A stretch of DNA of 64,000 nucleotides from Paraphysomonas bandaiensis (lineage: Eukaryota > Protista > Chrysophyceae): assembly GCA_965644295.1 (NCBI GenBank), contig CBFFRP010000123.1:459033-523032 (forward strand), read 5' to 3'. This document shows, one piece after another, positions 25,972 through 38,553 of this stretch; positions within the stretch are counted from its first letter, which is position 1, and the number at the start of each line of letters is the position of its first letter. The position numbers and the translations under genes are program-made. The notes beneath the pieces are model-generated. The model ran no database searches, was not told the origin of the DNA, and saw only the letters and a list, made by a program, of their open reading frames with translations.

Positions 25972-28439
25972 ATGAAGTCGAACGTCAGCAGAGATGCCCA
26001 GAAATTTAAAGAAAGAACTGGAAGTGATTGGGTAGATAGTAGTTCAGTGCACTATTGTGCGGAGTGTCACGGAAAGTTTACGGTTTTAAACCGCAAGCAT
26101 CACTGCAGGCAATGCGGACAAGTTGTGTGCAAAAGTTGTAGTCCGGAGACGGTTCTGATTGGACAAGATAGGGTTCGCGTATGCGCTAGTTGTTTTGACG
26201 ACAGTTCATTACATGGTGCGGGAAGTACAGCTTCTTTTGAAACAGAAAAATGTATTTTTTGTCGTGGAACTGCTAGGGGGACATCTGGATATGTTCTGAA
26301 AAAAGATACCGCTCAGAACAACATATCGGTTACCTGGCACCCAAGCTGCATGAAGTGTTCCGCCTGTAGCAAGGCCTTAGAATTGCGTGATGCCTATATT
26401 AACCCTCCACTTGGAAGTATATTACATACTCTAGACGACGTTCATGTACAGTGCTTCTGTCAGGCCCACATTGGGCTGGTAAGCTTATCTCCGAATGAGT
26501 CTTTCAGGCAACCACTTCAAAATCCCAGGCTATCAGTCGCAGTTAGTAGAGAATCGTCATCTGGTGAAGGGGGCGAGTTTGATCCCAGTGATATCTCACC
26601 ACAGGAATGTGTTCGGGTTCAGTATGGTCCCTCCCCTAGCCAGTATTTCTCCCTGTATATACCTGTCGAGGTGGCGCGCGACTCATCCCTACACACTCCC
26701 TCCAACTCTGTCACGTCCCCGACTGCAAGGAGCTTTTCTGTTCCTCTGGTTGTTGTCATTCATGGGGGGTTCTGGAAATCGCAGTATGGGGTTGATAATA
26801 GTTGTATTGAGTCACTTGTTCCCCGCCTTGTTGGGGCAGGCATGGCGGTGTGTATGGTTGAATATCGCCGAGTGGGAGCATCCTGTCAGGAAGACGAAGG
26901 GGGGTATCCCGATACCAATGAAGACATTTTATTAGCCCTGCGTAGGGTTCACGAAGAGTGCTTATCACTTAATGAGGATTCGGAGGGTCTTGAAAGGTCA
27001 GAGAGCATATCATCGGCTGCCTACCGAACACGTCCTCGCCGTCTCGCCGTGGTTGACACGGAGCGCACAGTGATATTGGGACACTCTGCTGGGGGATACC
27101 TCGCGCTTTGGACTTGCTGCGAACTGGAGAAGAGAAACCTGCCAATGAAGCCCTCGCTCTGTGTCGCAATAGCACCCGTTTGTGACTTTGCTGAGGCTTG
27201 CAGGAGAAAGTAAGTCGACCGTGTGGTGAAATGTGTGGAGCGGAGCTTATTCGTATATTTTGCGTTGCGAGCTGGAGATTAATAATGTTTTCTTTGTTTG
27301 ATAGGCTGAGTGATGATGGAGATGCCGTTGAGAAATTTATGCGGATGCCATATGATCTCGCATCTCCAGAGTGCTTGGAGGCGTATGGATCGGCCTGCCC
27401 TTCCAAGGCATTACCACTTCAAGTACCGACCATTTTAGCTATAGGTGACGCCGATGTTGATATTCCGCCGGATATGGTGGAAGATTTTTACTGGTTGGTA
27501 TTGCGTGCTTAGGTGAATGAAAAGAGTGCACTTGTCTAACTTGACTGTAGGTATGCGAAAAAAGTTGGCGGCGAAGCGGCTACCAGGGGTGTTCCAATGG
27601 CATCATCCGTTGATAGCGGAGAGGATAATATGGGGCGAATGAAGCGAGGTGACACACTCGACAGCATTCCAGAAACCTCTCCTGTACAATCGCAGGGTGT
27701 TAAGAGAGATCGATGTCGTAAGGTCCTTCAACGCAAGACATCCTGTGTAGTGCCCGTGCCACTGAAGTTCCTAAAAATCCAGGGGGCAAACCACTTCGAT
27801 GTCGTGAACTCTAGCACGGATGCATGGGCTAGAATATTCGACGAAATGTTTACGCTGATGCCTAATCTTGCAGATGTCCCTCCGCTAGAATCTCTCCTTT
27901 GCCGGATATCCGATGTAGACACCACTACTACTGACATTCATGATGTATCGGGTGCCGAGCAGAAGTCTCAACAGCGAATTCCTAAAGGGATGCAAGATAA
28001 TAATAACCAAGTTATAACTACGGTTAAAGGAATGCAAGTTAATAACCAAGTTATAGCTATGGCTGAGGACACTGCCGAGAAGGAGCGTGTGGTAGATCGT
28101 TGGGCAGACCAAAATGAAATAACTCATCCAGGGTATATGGAGGAACATGATGACGATGACTCCTCCTTGTCTTCATCGGACGATGATGACATGCCGGTTA
28201 AGAGTTCTCCACTGCTAAAAAAACAATCACGTCTCTCGAGAAGCTCCAGGTCAGGATCATCTCCACCGAGAGCCACAATAGATGATAATATGAAGGCCCG
28301 TGTCGTTGGCAATGGTGCACCAGAAGTGACAACTGGAGATCATGAAAATGCGGCAGAATTTTTTTCATTTCCTGCTCCGAAAAGTGAAGCTGGTAAGCGA
28401 AATTCTTTTAACTTTAGGTTTCGGAGAAATGATTGGTAA
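25972..28439 (+). CDS. FYVE + LIM-like zinc finger + alpha/beta hydrolase (HGG-type esterase) fusion, introns 27210-27304 and 27494-27550
   Basis: WVD...CAEC...RKHHCRQCG...RVC (FYVE); CIFC...WHPSCMKCSAC...CQAH (LIM); VIHGGFW, GHSAGG, GDADVDIP, GANHFDVV (Ser-Asp-His triad). Splicing keeps one frame. Confidence 0.8.
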
Positions 28440-29757
28440 CAACAGTTTTATATAAGGACTTGCTATGTTTAGGTAGCGTGCTTTCTATGAAACGTTTTTA
28501 CTGTAGCTTGCGTCAGCTCACTTGTCTGTAATATACTAATTTTTTACATAACACACTATAACAGCATCAAGTTATTATGGTGTACGACGCCTAGTTTCAC
28601 TTTCCTGTTACGTGGCTAGTGTTATAGACATTCAATTTGATGTAGAGGTAAAGACAGATAATCCATTGCAAGCATGATTCGAAAAGAAGCTCAACAATTT
28701 TTAATCTCAATACGAGTAATAAAGTAATTGCTGTTTAACACGAATTCATGTCTATCATAGAAAATATATCATCTGCTATGTAAAGGAAGTAGCTGAGCGA
28801 TGTAATCAGCAAGATCTATCAACTATATTCTTTTAGATCAAACTCGTTTAGATAAACACCAGAAATAGACGAAACTTACAGACTACAATACCTAAAGATA
28901 TTATAAGTCATTGCTCATCGCATTCTCTTAGAGCTTCTCCTCGTAGCTGGCTCATATTCACTACCAGTGTCACGTCGATTCTCGATCGTATGCAGGAGTG
29001 GAGATATCAATTACGCAGATATCTTATCCCCTCTTAGTGCACGCCTATAGATATCATGCAATCCTTGTTATTTGTTCATTGACTTGTAAATCTGAGTGAA
29101 TAGACATCTCTTGCTACGTACAGAGTAGATATCAACACGTATGGATAGATAGATACATGCACATGGCTGTATGTATATCCACATGCATATGTGGACACTG
29201 CTATACATATAGGAGTGCAGATGTCCAGACTACACCGTATACCGTACTGCGAAGCAGCAGAATTTCTTTGCATTTCGTGCGTATTCCGGTATTCCACTTC
29301 CGTATTTCATTTTAGGTATTTGAGGTCACATAAACTCCAGAAAGCCCCTATAAAGCATGCATGACTGTCTAGCTCTAGATACTGTACAGGTACAAAGTGT
29401 AGATCCATATAAAAAAACAGCAAAACGGTACAAACAACAGCAAGAATGGGAATCTACTAGAGTGGAGTAGAGGTATGCTACAGTATACTGCTGTACACCC
29501 TCATGTACAGTATATCATATATAAGCAGAGAGGAACGCAGTACGCAGATGTTACTATATCACATCTAAGAGTGTATATATTCGCTTAGTAGACATTACGG
29601 ATTGGAACCATCATACTGGCTGATTGTATTCATATCCCTAATCAACGGGAGGGACTATCTTCTTATGGTCTTTAATTATTTGTTTCCTTTCTATCGATCA
29701 GTTCAACGAGAGCTGTAGTAATATATATATAATTGACCGTTATTCGAGCTGTAAGCT

Positions 29758-32700
29758 ATGGCAGGGCTACGCTCAGCGCAAGTAGACTCGCTGGATCGTC
29801 ATAGAAGTCCGCTAGCAACAGAGGTATATGAGGGTGCGGATAGCTCTGACATACTTTAATGTGTTACGCGGCAGATATATAGCAGCGCCAGGACGTACTT
29901 GCGAAAAAACAATGAGCATGTCCTTCATAATAATTCGTCTACTGCTAATGGCACACCCAATGAGTATGAAAATCAAGAAAAGACTAATGTCTTATCGAGG
30001 TGAGCAGTTTTCTTTGTCATTGTGATGTTGAGCTGGTGTAATAGGGTCGAACATCACAATGAATTATACGAGGTATCGAGTTCGAGTTATCCTAGTGGGA
30101 AAAAATCGTGCAAAGATAAGCACAAGAAAACAGGACGCAAAAGGACTACCTCAGCGGAATCCGCGGATGGGCTTGGAATTCCCCAGCCTATACCGGCTGA
30201 GAGGTCTCGAAGCCACACTGACTGTATCGTGCCATTAGGACGACTGGAGCGCCATTCGGACTCTTCTAGGGATTACTCTTCCGATAAAGATGAGCTGTCA
30301 TCTGCGGGGTACCGTTCTAACTCGGAGAGGGCGCTGTTGCAGCAAGCTGTCCAGCAATCCGCTGGTCGTTTGATGTCGTTATCCTTGGGGCGGGGTCAAG
30401 CTATACCACATCCTCAGCAAGCGACATCGTCGACTTCTAATGCATCTGTTAATGCGAGTGGCAGCTCCCTTCCAATGACTGTTAGCTCGCCTCCTCTTTC
30501 AGGTGACGGTATGGAGGACCCATTTTCAAGGGAGGGTGACGAAGCGTCTATTGAGACATATATAGGCCAGACGTTTCCTCGTGTGAAAGATATTGACAAA
30601 GAAGTCGTGGCGGCATCTACTCAAGTGACATCAGTAGAGAAACGACATAGTCGATCCCAACCTTTGCCGTCCAAAGTTGCTGACGAATCCCATTCACAAT
30701 ATTCTTTAGCACATATATCAGGTGACTTTGCCAACCATACACCTCCATATGAATATAAAGGACGAAAGTCTTTCAAAAACAAGAAAATGCTAAAGTCTGC
30801 GAGCGCCTCGGTTGTAGGTAGTACAGAGAATGTGAAGGCGCAAGACAGAATCCGCCGCAACAGCGGAAGTGGGAATCTCGTCACTCCCCCTCGTCGAAGC
30901 CACAACATTAGCGGTAAAGAGCCGGCGACTGCTCCTAGAGAGAGGATATCCAACAGGGTCCATAGAGCTGGGTCGTCGAACAGCCGAAGTAATAGTCCTA
31001 TGACTTTAGGCAAGGTCAATAGCCGTGGCAACAGTCGTAGCAGTAGCCCATTAGTAGGAGTTAGTCGGGCGATCAAGTGTACAATGCAACCGAACAGTCG
31101 GAGCAATAGCCCCCAACTGTCCTCGAGCAGAGCCCCCACAGCGGAGACTACCATATCTACCCCTACTACTGAGCAGATCGTACGGACGTCAGTGGCGCAA
31201 GACACCGCTCAAGGTGTGACCGACCGTATGAGAACACCTGATACAGCTAAGGCTACTAGTCTGGATGCTGTCCTACGTGAACGGCTTCAGGAAGCGAAGG
31301 CGGAAAACAGAAAGAATACCAGTGACGGTGCGACAATGTATCAATTCTCCCTGTGGAAGGGGGTAAAACGCAGAGACGTACTTGTTGAACAAAGTCCGGA
31401 TCGTATAGTTGAAGGATCATCTGTACATATGGAGCAGTCGGTAGCCCCTCCAAAGAAGTCCTGTCGCTTGCGGGGAGTACGTGCTGCTCGCGAGGTATAC
31501 GAGGAGGCCATTGATGCTACCCCCAGTATGCGCCCAATGCGTGTGAAACCCTTGAGTCATATATCTGTTAGTGATGGAGTAACTTCAGGAGTAGTGCGCA
31601 AGGAAAAGACATATGGTGCGGCGGATGTGTCGAGCCCGCCGAATGACTTCACTCCGTGGAAGCAGAGTCGTGATTATGATAGAGGATCATTTGAGACAGA
31701 AGATAGCGACACGGATGTTGATGACGAGGTACTCAGTGATGAAGTAGTGGCGGACACCAATAGTATTGGCGGGGGACGAGCGCTTGCTTTTCGTAGCATG
31801 GTTGGGAGTTGCAAGATTCACGAGTCCTCAGTGGGCTCTACAGCTGAGAGCATACAGACAGAACGCGGGGTTGGGGGGTTGCCGCACAATACCCACAGCA
31901 TGGACTCAGTGTGTAGTAACAACTATCTCAGTGATGATTTCGAGGAGATCGAGGATGAGGCAGCGATATTAGGCATCGCAGTGGACGACTATAGTCTGGC
32001 CTCGGACGTGGTCGAAGAAGCAGATGAGTGTGACGATTCAATGTACAGCAACGCTGGTGATATATCCAGTAAACCCACCAACAAGCTAACAGAATCGGAC
32101 ACGTCAACAGAAATTCAGAATTCTGCTAGCGAGCTTAGACTTCTGGTGGCTAGTAATTTAGAAGCAACAGACCAGGCTGCTTTTTCTCCCGTTGCAGAAT
32201 ATACTGTCGACGGACCTGTACCTGGACCACCGCCAATACGAAAAGGAGATAAACTCATGCGGTTATTTGACGATGTTCCAGGTGATGGCAAGGATGTAAC
32301 TATGTCCATCTCTTCCTTGCCGACTGAGAGATCTCCAATGAGAGAAAGTGGAAAAGGCTCATCAGGGAGAATGGAAGAAAGACGAAAGCAATTACCCACA
32401 ACATCTCTCTCATCGCAGAAGCCAGCGGTAAAGAAAGGCAAGGGGAAGAAGCAGAAAGCTGTGAATGTACTGAATGAGAGCCTACACAAGCACAGAGACC
32501 ACAAGCACAGAGACCAGGCTTCTTCGCCCACTCTCTCTGAGGTATCAGATATGGACAACTATCAAACAGAGGATCCAAGCAAATCGGAGTCTAGGTCTTC
32601 TTTGCTACACTCCGCCAAATCAACGGGGTCCCCGTTATCTCACCTTCCCCAACATGCGCAGGAGGAAGTATATGTTATCCAAGACTTTGAATGGAAGAAG

Positions 32701-33649
32701 GGGGTGGATATAATCGGGGAGGGAACATTTGGCCAGGTGTTTAAGGGCATGAACTGCGCTACCGGTGAACTGTTGGCTGTGAAACAAATAAGTCTTGTAG
32801 ATGGCACTGATGAAGAAGTCTCTAGTTTACGGCGGGAGATTGATCTTATGCAGAATCTTTCGCACCCTAATATAGTTAGATATGTTGGCACATCGGTATC
32901 ATCGCGTCACCTGTTTATAGTTCTAGAGTATGTTCCTGGCGGGTGTGTGGCAGGGATGCTATCACAGTTTGGAGCGTTTTCGGAGGTATTAATAAGGTAG
33001 GACTAGGGAACAGCATTGTGCATTGTTTAAGTTGACACTGCAGACGGCTGGTGAGCCAAATAATTCAAGGTGTCGATTACTTGCACCAGAAAGGGATCGT
33101 GCACAGGGATGTGAAGGGGGCTAATGTGTTGGTCACTGATGCAGGTGTTGCGAAATTGGCTGATTTCGGGTGCTCCAAACAACTGGCTGGACTCTGCACT
33201 ACTTCTCTGGAGGAGAGTATGCGGACGATTCGTGGGTCAGTGCCTTGGATGGCACCAGAGGTAATTAAACAAAATGGACATGGGAGATCGGCGGATATAT
33301 GGAGTGTGGGAGCGACAATCATCGAAATGGGTATACTTATACCATCTACATGCTGTGACTTATTAATTGTTGTATGTAGCCACTGCCAAGCACCCGTGGC
33401 CAGAGTTTTCGAATAACTTAGCTGCACTGTTCCATGTCGCCACTTCGAAACACCCTCCCCCTGTACCTAGCCACTTAAGTGAGGACTGTGCAGGTTTCAT
33501 TAACAGGTACGGGTGAATAGGTAATAATATTGTGTGTGACATTTCTCTGTAGGTGCATGAAAATAGAACAACAAGAAAGAGCAACGGCCAGGGAGCTATT
33601 GACTGACCCATTTCTACTAGCATTGATAGTAACAAGTTCGAACCCCTGA
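29758..33649 (+). CDS. MAPKKK-type (STE11/MEKK/NPK1-like) Ser/Thr kinase with long disordered N-terminus, multi-exon
   Basis: WKKG..IGEGTFGQV, LLAVKQI, HPNIVRY, HRDVKGAN, DFG, GSVPWMAPEVI, ADIWSVG; short GT-AG introns. The start exon is inferred. Confidence 0.9.
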
Positions 33650-34074
33650 GTTACTTAATCTCATTCATGTCATGCTCTACTTTATTTCAACGCCATAAAA
33701 TACGTGTGAATATATATTATATGATATGTGTGCATGTGCGATTTGCTTGTTAATAATGTGTCCGCTAATTCATGATAGGCTGTAATGTAATACTTCGAAC
33801 ATAGTATGAGGACGAGTTTAATAATATTACGACAACAGATATGTTACATAGTAACTTTTTATTGACCCACAATAATTTTTAGGGAGCCTACGGTACTGTG
33901 CTAGAGAATTCTGGGTGTTTTAATGAGCGCTGTTAGTTATTGTCCTCAGTGGATTAGAATATTAGATACACTAAAAATATCATTTATATTTATATATTTA
34001 ATATAGTTGTGTTGAACCACATTTCGATAAGGGGGCGAGTAACGGAAATATGTTAGCTACCTACTAAGATCCTA

Positions 34075-34581
34075 GTAGTAAATATCTAATTATTTGCAAC
34101 AGGGATGCAAGAGTCAGCACTAATGTAGCATTGCAATTTGCAATTTAGCTTAACTCTAATATACTACTATTTAATGCTACGAAAGCTGCTTGTGCGTTAC
34201 GCGTTACCGCAAGCACCAAGGTGCAACCACGTTTTGTTCTATAACTCAAAACAAACGCAGTGAGCAAGCAGAATGTTTATACACCTGACATCCGCTTGAC
34301 TTCAGCAAGCAGCCCAATACCCCGGATGCCCTTAAGGTGGGCCTATATCCGGATGCTTGACTTCAGTGGGCAGCCCAATACCCCGGATGCCCTTGAGGTG
34401 GGCCGTGGGCCCATTCCCGGATGCCTGTTATTCATCAAAAGACCCAGAGACGTCTGCACAAGTGAAACTTATTTGTCTCCCTTGTACCACACAAGCATTC
34501 AGAACAATATCTGCTGACTATATATGTGGCTCGGAGAAATATCTTAAGTACTTATCCCAGAAAACACCACAAAAATGCGAT
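34075..34581 (-). mobile_element. Short (~0.5 kb) copy of the ribozyme-headed SINE-like family: decayed head, internal repeats, LINE-like 3' tail
   Basis: 34245-34580 aligns with 38168-38535. 34164-34230 is the reverse complement of LINE 3' UTR 41072-41131, and 34075-34105 resembles the LINE terminus (aaataat(c/t)aga(c/t)att(c/t)actac). Confidence 0.8.
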
Positions 34582-34778
34582 TTAGTGAATGACGATGAAC
34601 GATATTGATTATTATATTAATTATTGAGTGTGAGTGTATACAACGTTCAGTTGGTGAAGTTTTAAAGCATCCAAATATGTCAAATGGTGTTGAAAATTTT
34701 CACTCCAATGACGGAAAGAATCCGATACGACAACGATGTCTTTCATAGTCGCGGTTGTCTGGCATACCAATTAATTAA
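34582..34778 (+). repeat. Uninterrupted copy of the repeat into which the LINE inserted (empty site)
   Basis: 34582-34630 matches 36013-36061 and 34631-34778 matches 41263-41416; a single ttgagtg-tgag junction. Confidence 0.85.
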
Positions 34779-35417
34779 TTAATTATTGTTAATCTCTGTG
34801 TCGTGTCATTTATTAAAGAGAGGTCTAGAGGTAAAAACCAGAAAAGTTCTTAGATTGTTATCAGACACAATACTTACAGATGAGGTAGGAAATCATGAGA
34901 GCTTTTACTAGCTAAAAGTCGGTGTCATACGTCCACCAGTGTGTTCTATTTGGTTTTTGGTGGTTGCGTATTCGTCAGTTATGTGTCGCAATATGAAGAT
35001 TTTATCTACAGCTTTGAAATGATAGGGAGTTTTTCTGTTTCTTGTGGGCAATAAAAAGCTGTATTTCTAATGTATTTGAAGTGTGGCCGCTACTTCTTGA
35101 ATAATACAGCAGTGGTTCACAGTATTACATAAACTAGTGCTAGTATGATATAGGTTTAAAAGAAGCGAAAATAGAATATATTTAATATTTTTCTTCTTGC
35201 TACTAGGAACACGTTTAAAGTGATATAAATAGATGTATGATATCCAGGTATAATCTAATATCCATAATATTGATTGAATATAATTATACCAGTGAATGAT
35301 GATACATCATGTTGATCATAATGTTTTAATTGATTATTACGTAAATTTGAGACATTAAACTAGCAATCACCGCTCTATTATTGTATATATTATGGCTATT
35401 GGAGTATTGATCTATTT

Positions 35418-36010
35418 GGGATCTATTATTGGACCTCTAGTCAAATTGGTGTAATTTCCTAGTCACACCAAATTTGGTGTAAAAACCTAGTCAAGCGGTT
35501 GAAAAAACTAGTCATTTTTAATAATTTATATTTTTAGTTTGCAATGACTAGGTGTTTATGGTATTCACCTAGTCAAAAATAAAAAATTTCATTCAAACAT
35601 GGGAGCATACTCTAGCCATCAATTAATAAATGTATATATTGTATACATGCAATACATAACATTATAGCGTTGCATTCCAATGAGAATTGGACAGTTTCTC
35701 GTGACCATGTCCGGTGCAGTTCCATAGCTTTTACATCTGTGTTAAGTAGATATGTATATATGAGCTTGTTGTTATGTTTGAGTGTTTGTTTTGATGCTCT
35801 GTAAGCCACTAATATATTGTGTGGTGTGAGATGGTATCTTTTAGACAGTCACAGTGTGTAATCAATGGATATAAGAACGACTAGGTTGAATACCAAAGTT
35901 GACTAGTAGGTTGAGTCATTTATTACTTTGACTAGGTTATTCCACCAAAAATAGCGTGACTAGGTTATTCAACCAATTTGACAATTTGACTAGGTTTAAT
36001 AATATTTCCC
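35418..36010. mobile_element. MITE-like element with imperfect TIRs and arrays of CTAGTCA subterminal repeats
   Basis: Left end GGGATCTATTATTGGACCTCTAGTCAAATTGG vs right end (rc) GGGAAATATTATTAAACCTAGTCAAATTG. CTAGTCA is repeated on the left and TGACTAG on the right. Related partial copy at 52815-53014. Confidence 0.7.
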
Positions 36011-37349
36011 GATTAGTGAATGACGATGAACGATATTGATTATTATATTAATTATTGAGTGTTGAGAAATTGGTCTCAAGGTCAAAACACCACTCCGACT
36101 TACCACGGTGAAAACAACTGACGGACACATCCTCACAACACCGCAAGACATTCATGAAGGCATTAATGCGCACTTCCGTGAACATCATGCCAAACCTCCT
36201 GGACTTGACCCTGTAGCACAACAGCTCCAGGATGACCCTACATGGTGGAAATCCCTTCTTGATCCGGGCTCAGCGACATGCCAGGAACCACTCCACCCCC
36301 GCTCGAAAATACCTCTTCCCCTGCAACTGGGGTTACGACGGGCCCTTTGTACCAAGACCAATCCGGCCATGGCAGCCACACTCAAATCTACTCTTGCAAA
36401 AGACATCACCCAGGATGAATTCTACTGCACACTTCACTCTCTCTCCTTCAACCGCGCGCCTGGACCCTCAATGGTCTCCTCCAACATGGTCAAATCCTGG
36501 CCACCGGTAGTTCAGCGAGAGGCTTACATCCTCACCAGATCTCTCTGGAAACATAAACATGTGCCCATTTGGTGGAGAGACAGGGTAATGTCTCCCATTC
36601 TCAAGAAACCAGGAGAATCCTCCCTCACTAATCTCCGACCGATTGGTCTGCTTGAAGTCAGTAGGAAAATATTAACAAGGATAACCACTCATAGAATTCT
36701 TACCGTATGGGAGGAACAGAAAGTTTTGCATCCGTCCCAGCATGGTTATCGCTGGAGGAACGGGACGGACACAGCGATACTAAGGGTACTCGCGGCTGCA
36801 GAAGAAGCAAGACGAAAAGGCGACCAGCATATATGTACACTCTGGGACTTCAAGAAGGCCTTCGACTCAATTGCGCCTAACCTCATGCGTCTCGCGTGGG
36901 CACGACTGGGCGTTCCGGACGATGTAGTTGACTGGTTTGGCAACTTAGATGCCGGCGGTCTAACATTTCCCTGGACACCATTCATGGCAAACAACATAGA
37001 GCCACGTTCTCTCCTTGACCTCCTGTCCGCAGACGGCCACTTCATTGCACTATTCAGTCTGGGTTTCGAAGCCGAAAGGGGTATCACCCAAGGGGGCACA
37101 GAATCCACATGCGCCTGGGTGGCACTCTACGACATCCTTCTCACGTGGCTGGACATTGAACTGTCAACAACGAGTCCAACGTTACCAACTATTCAACTCA
37201 CGACTCCGACTACCGGCGAAATAAAGATCTCCTTCGCGGATGATCTTAACACAATAGCTAAATCCATACACGCTGCCCAACTCATTGCCCAACAAATATC
37301 TGCGTTCTGCGTACTTTCGGGAATGGAACTCTCTATCCCCAAAGTAATT

Positions 37350-38553
37350 GAAAATCTGATTATTAACGCGCAAGCTTGTGCGTTGCCGCGACCAACCTAA
37401 CAACTCGCGCGACACTATGCATAACATGACTCTCATCTAGTTACTATTGCATGCACCGACAAGTGCTCAACTATACAACACGATTTAGTTAGCTACATGG
37501 GCATACGACGAGTTGCGTGTTTAAGCCGGATCATACGCTCCTGCCCAATCTACTTGTCCTAACACAAACAACTTGCGGTCGGTGTCTTCGGCATATGTCT
37601 CCTGTATATGCGGCAGATCTTTAGGGCCCTCTTCAAGGTGGTGTTCACAGCAGCAGGTGTAGTCTGGAAGGGAGAATAAAGTAGCTCTATAGCGCCGGGT
37701 CCTCCCACGGTCACGAAGCGGTCTCACTGGTGCAATTTTGCACACTGACGCATGAAACAGACATCTACCAAAATCTGTTACAAATTCAAGCTGACTCCAA
37801 TGTCTTCCCTCCATTGTGTGCACTCGTCCAGCACATGCATCCACCTTGCACTCTTCTCCCGAGTGACTTACACTAGTAGGAAACCGTGCACCTTCCCCGC
37901 TCGGATGAAAACCTACTAAGCAAGAATAACATAAAAGCACCACAAATGTACCTGACACTGCTTGGAGAACAGTGCCAGAGCCTTGATATAATCTCAATGA
38001 CCTGGGTCAGGAGAAACCAAGACTAGGCAGTAGACGTGTGAGAAGACATGACAGGTCTAATCACATCATTGCCATTGCCATGCATCCATGAGGAAAGTTT
38101 GACGCATTACCTCGGTCATTGGCCACACAGATACCGAATAATGTGAACTCATACTCAGCATCAATCACTCAAAGCAAACGCAGGGAGCAAGCAGAATGTT
38201 GATATACCTGACATCTGCTGACTTCAGGTGTTTTGAGTTCTTAAGGTGAACATCCCGGATGCTTAACTTCAGCAGGCAGCCCAATACCCCGGTTACCCTT
38301 CTGGTGGGCCCTGTCCCGGATGCCCTTGAGGTGGGCCCATTCCCGGATGCCTGTTTATTCGTCAGGGCCCAAAGACGTCTACACAAGTGACACTTATTAG
38401 TGTCCCTTGTACCACACAAGCATTTGGCTATGAGTGGGCAGAACAATATCTGCTGACTATGTTTGCGGCTCACGTTAGTTTCCCAGAGAGAATCTCTCCG
38501 GTACTTATCCCCCAGAACACCACGAAAAGGTGCGAGTCCGACTTTGTTGAGGG
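37350..38553 (-). mobile_element. 1.2-kb non-autonomous SINE-like retroposon with HDV-like ribozyme head and LINE-related tail; 16-bp TSD TATCCCCAAAGTAATT
   Basis: Perfect TSD at 37334-37349 and 38554-38569. Head repeated at 34.2-34.6 and 61.9-62.1 kb. Tail TTGGTCGCGGCAACGCACAAGC..GCGTTAATAATCAGA matches LINE 3' UTR motifs. Confidence 0.88.
38467..38553 (-). ncRNA. HDV-like self-cleaving ribozyme (putative, ingi/L1Tc-like) at the exact 5' end of the SINE-like element
   Basis: Minus strand CCCUCAAC-AAAGUC-GGACUCGC-ACC-UUUUCGU-GGU-GUUCUGGGGG-AUAAGUA-CCGGAGAG-AUU-CUCUCUGG-GAAACUAAC-GUGAGCC gives P1, P2, P3/L3 (7 nt), P4 and J4/2 with CUAA in double-pseudoknot order. Confidence 0.75.

Noticed and set aside
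34295-34425. CRISPR-like repeats
   Set aside because: Eukaryotic context, irregular spacing, no unique spacers; these are internal SINE repeats.
38230-38285. LLKLSIRDVHLKNS in the SINE head frame resembles a 2A ribosome-skipping peptide, as found in L1Tc/ingi elements
   Set aside because: Lacks the obligatory D-x-E-x-NPGP and is not preserved in the other two copies.
38450-38532. Plus-strand hammerhead ribozyme (CTGCTGA...CGAAA)
   Set aside because: The core is not CUGANGA and no stems I/III form; the minus-strand HDV fold fits much better.
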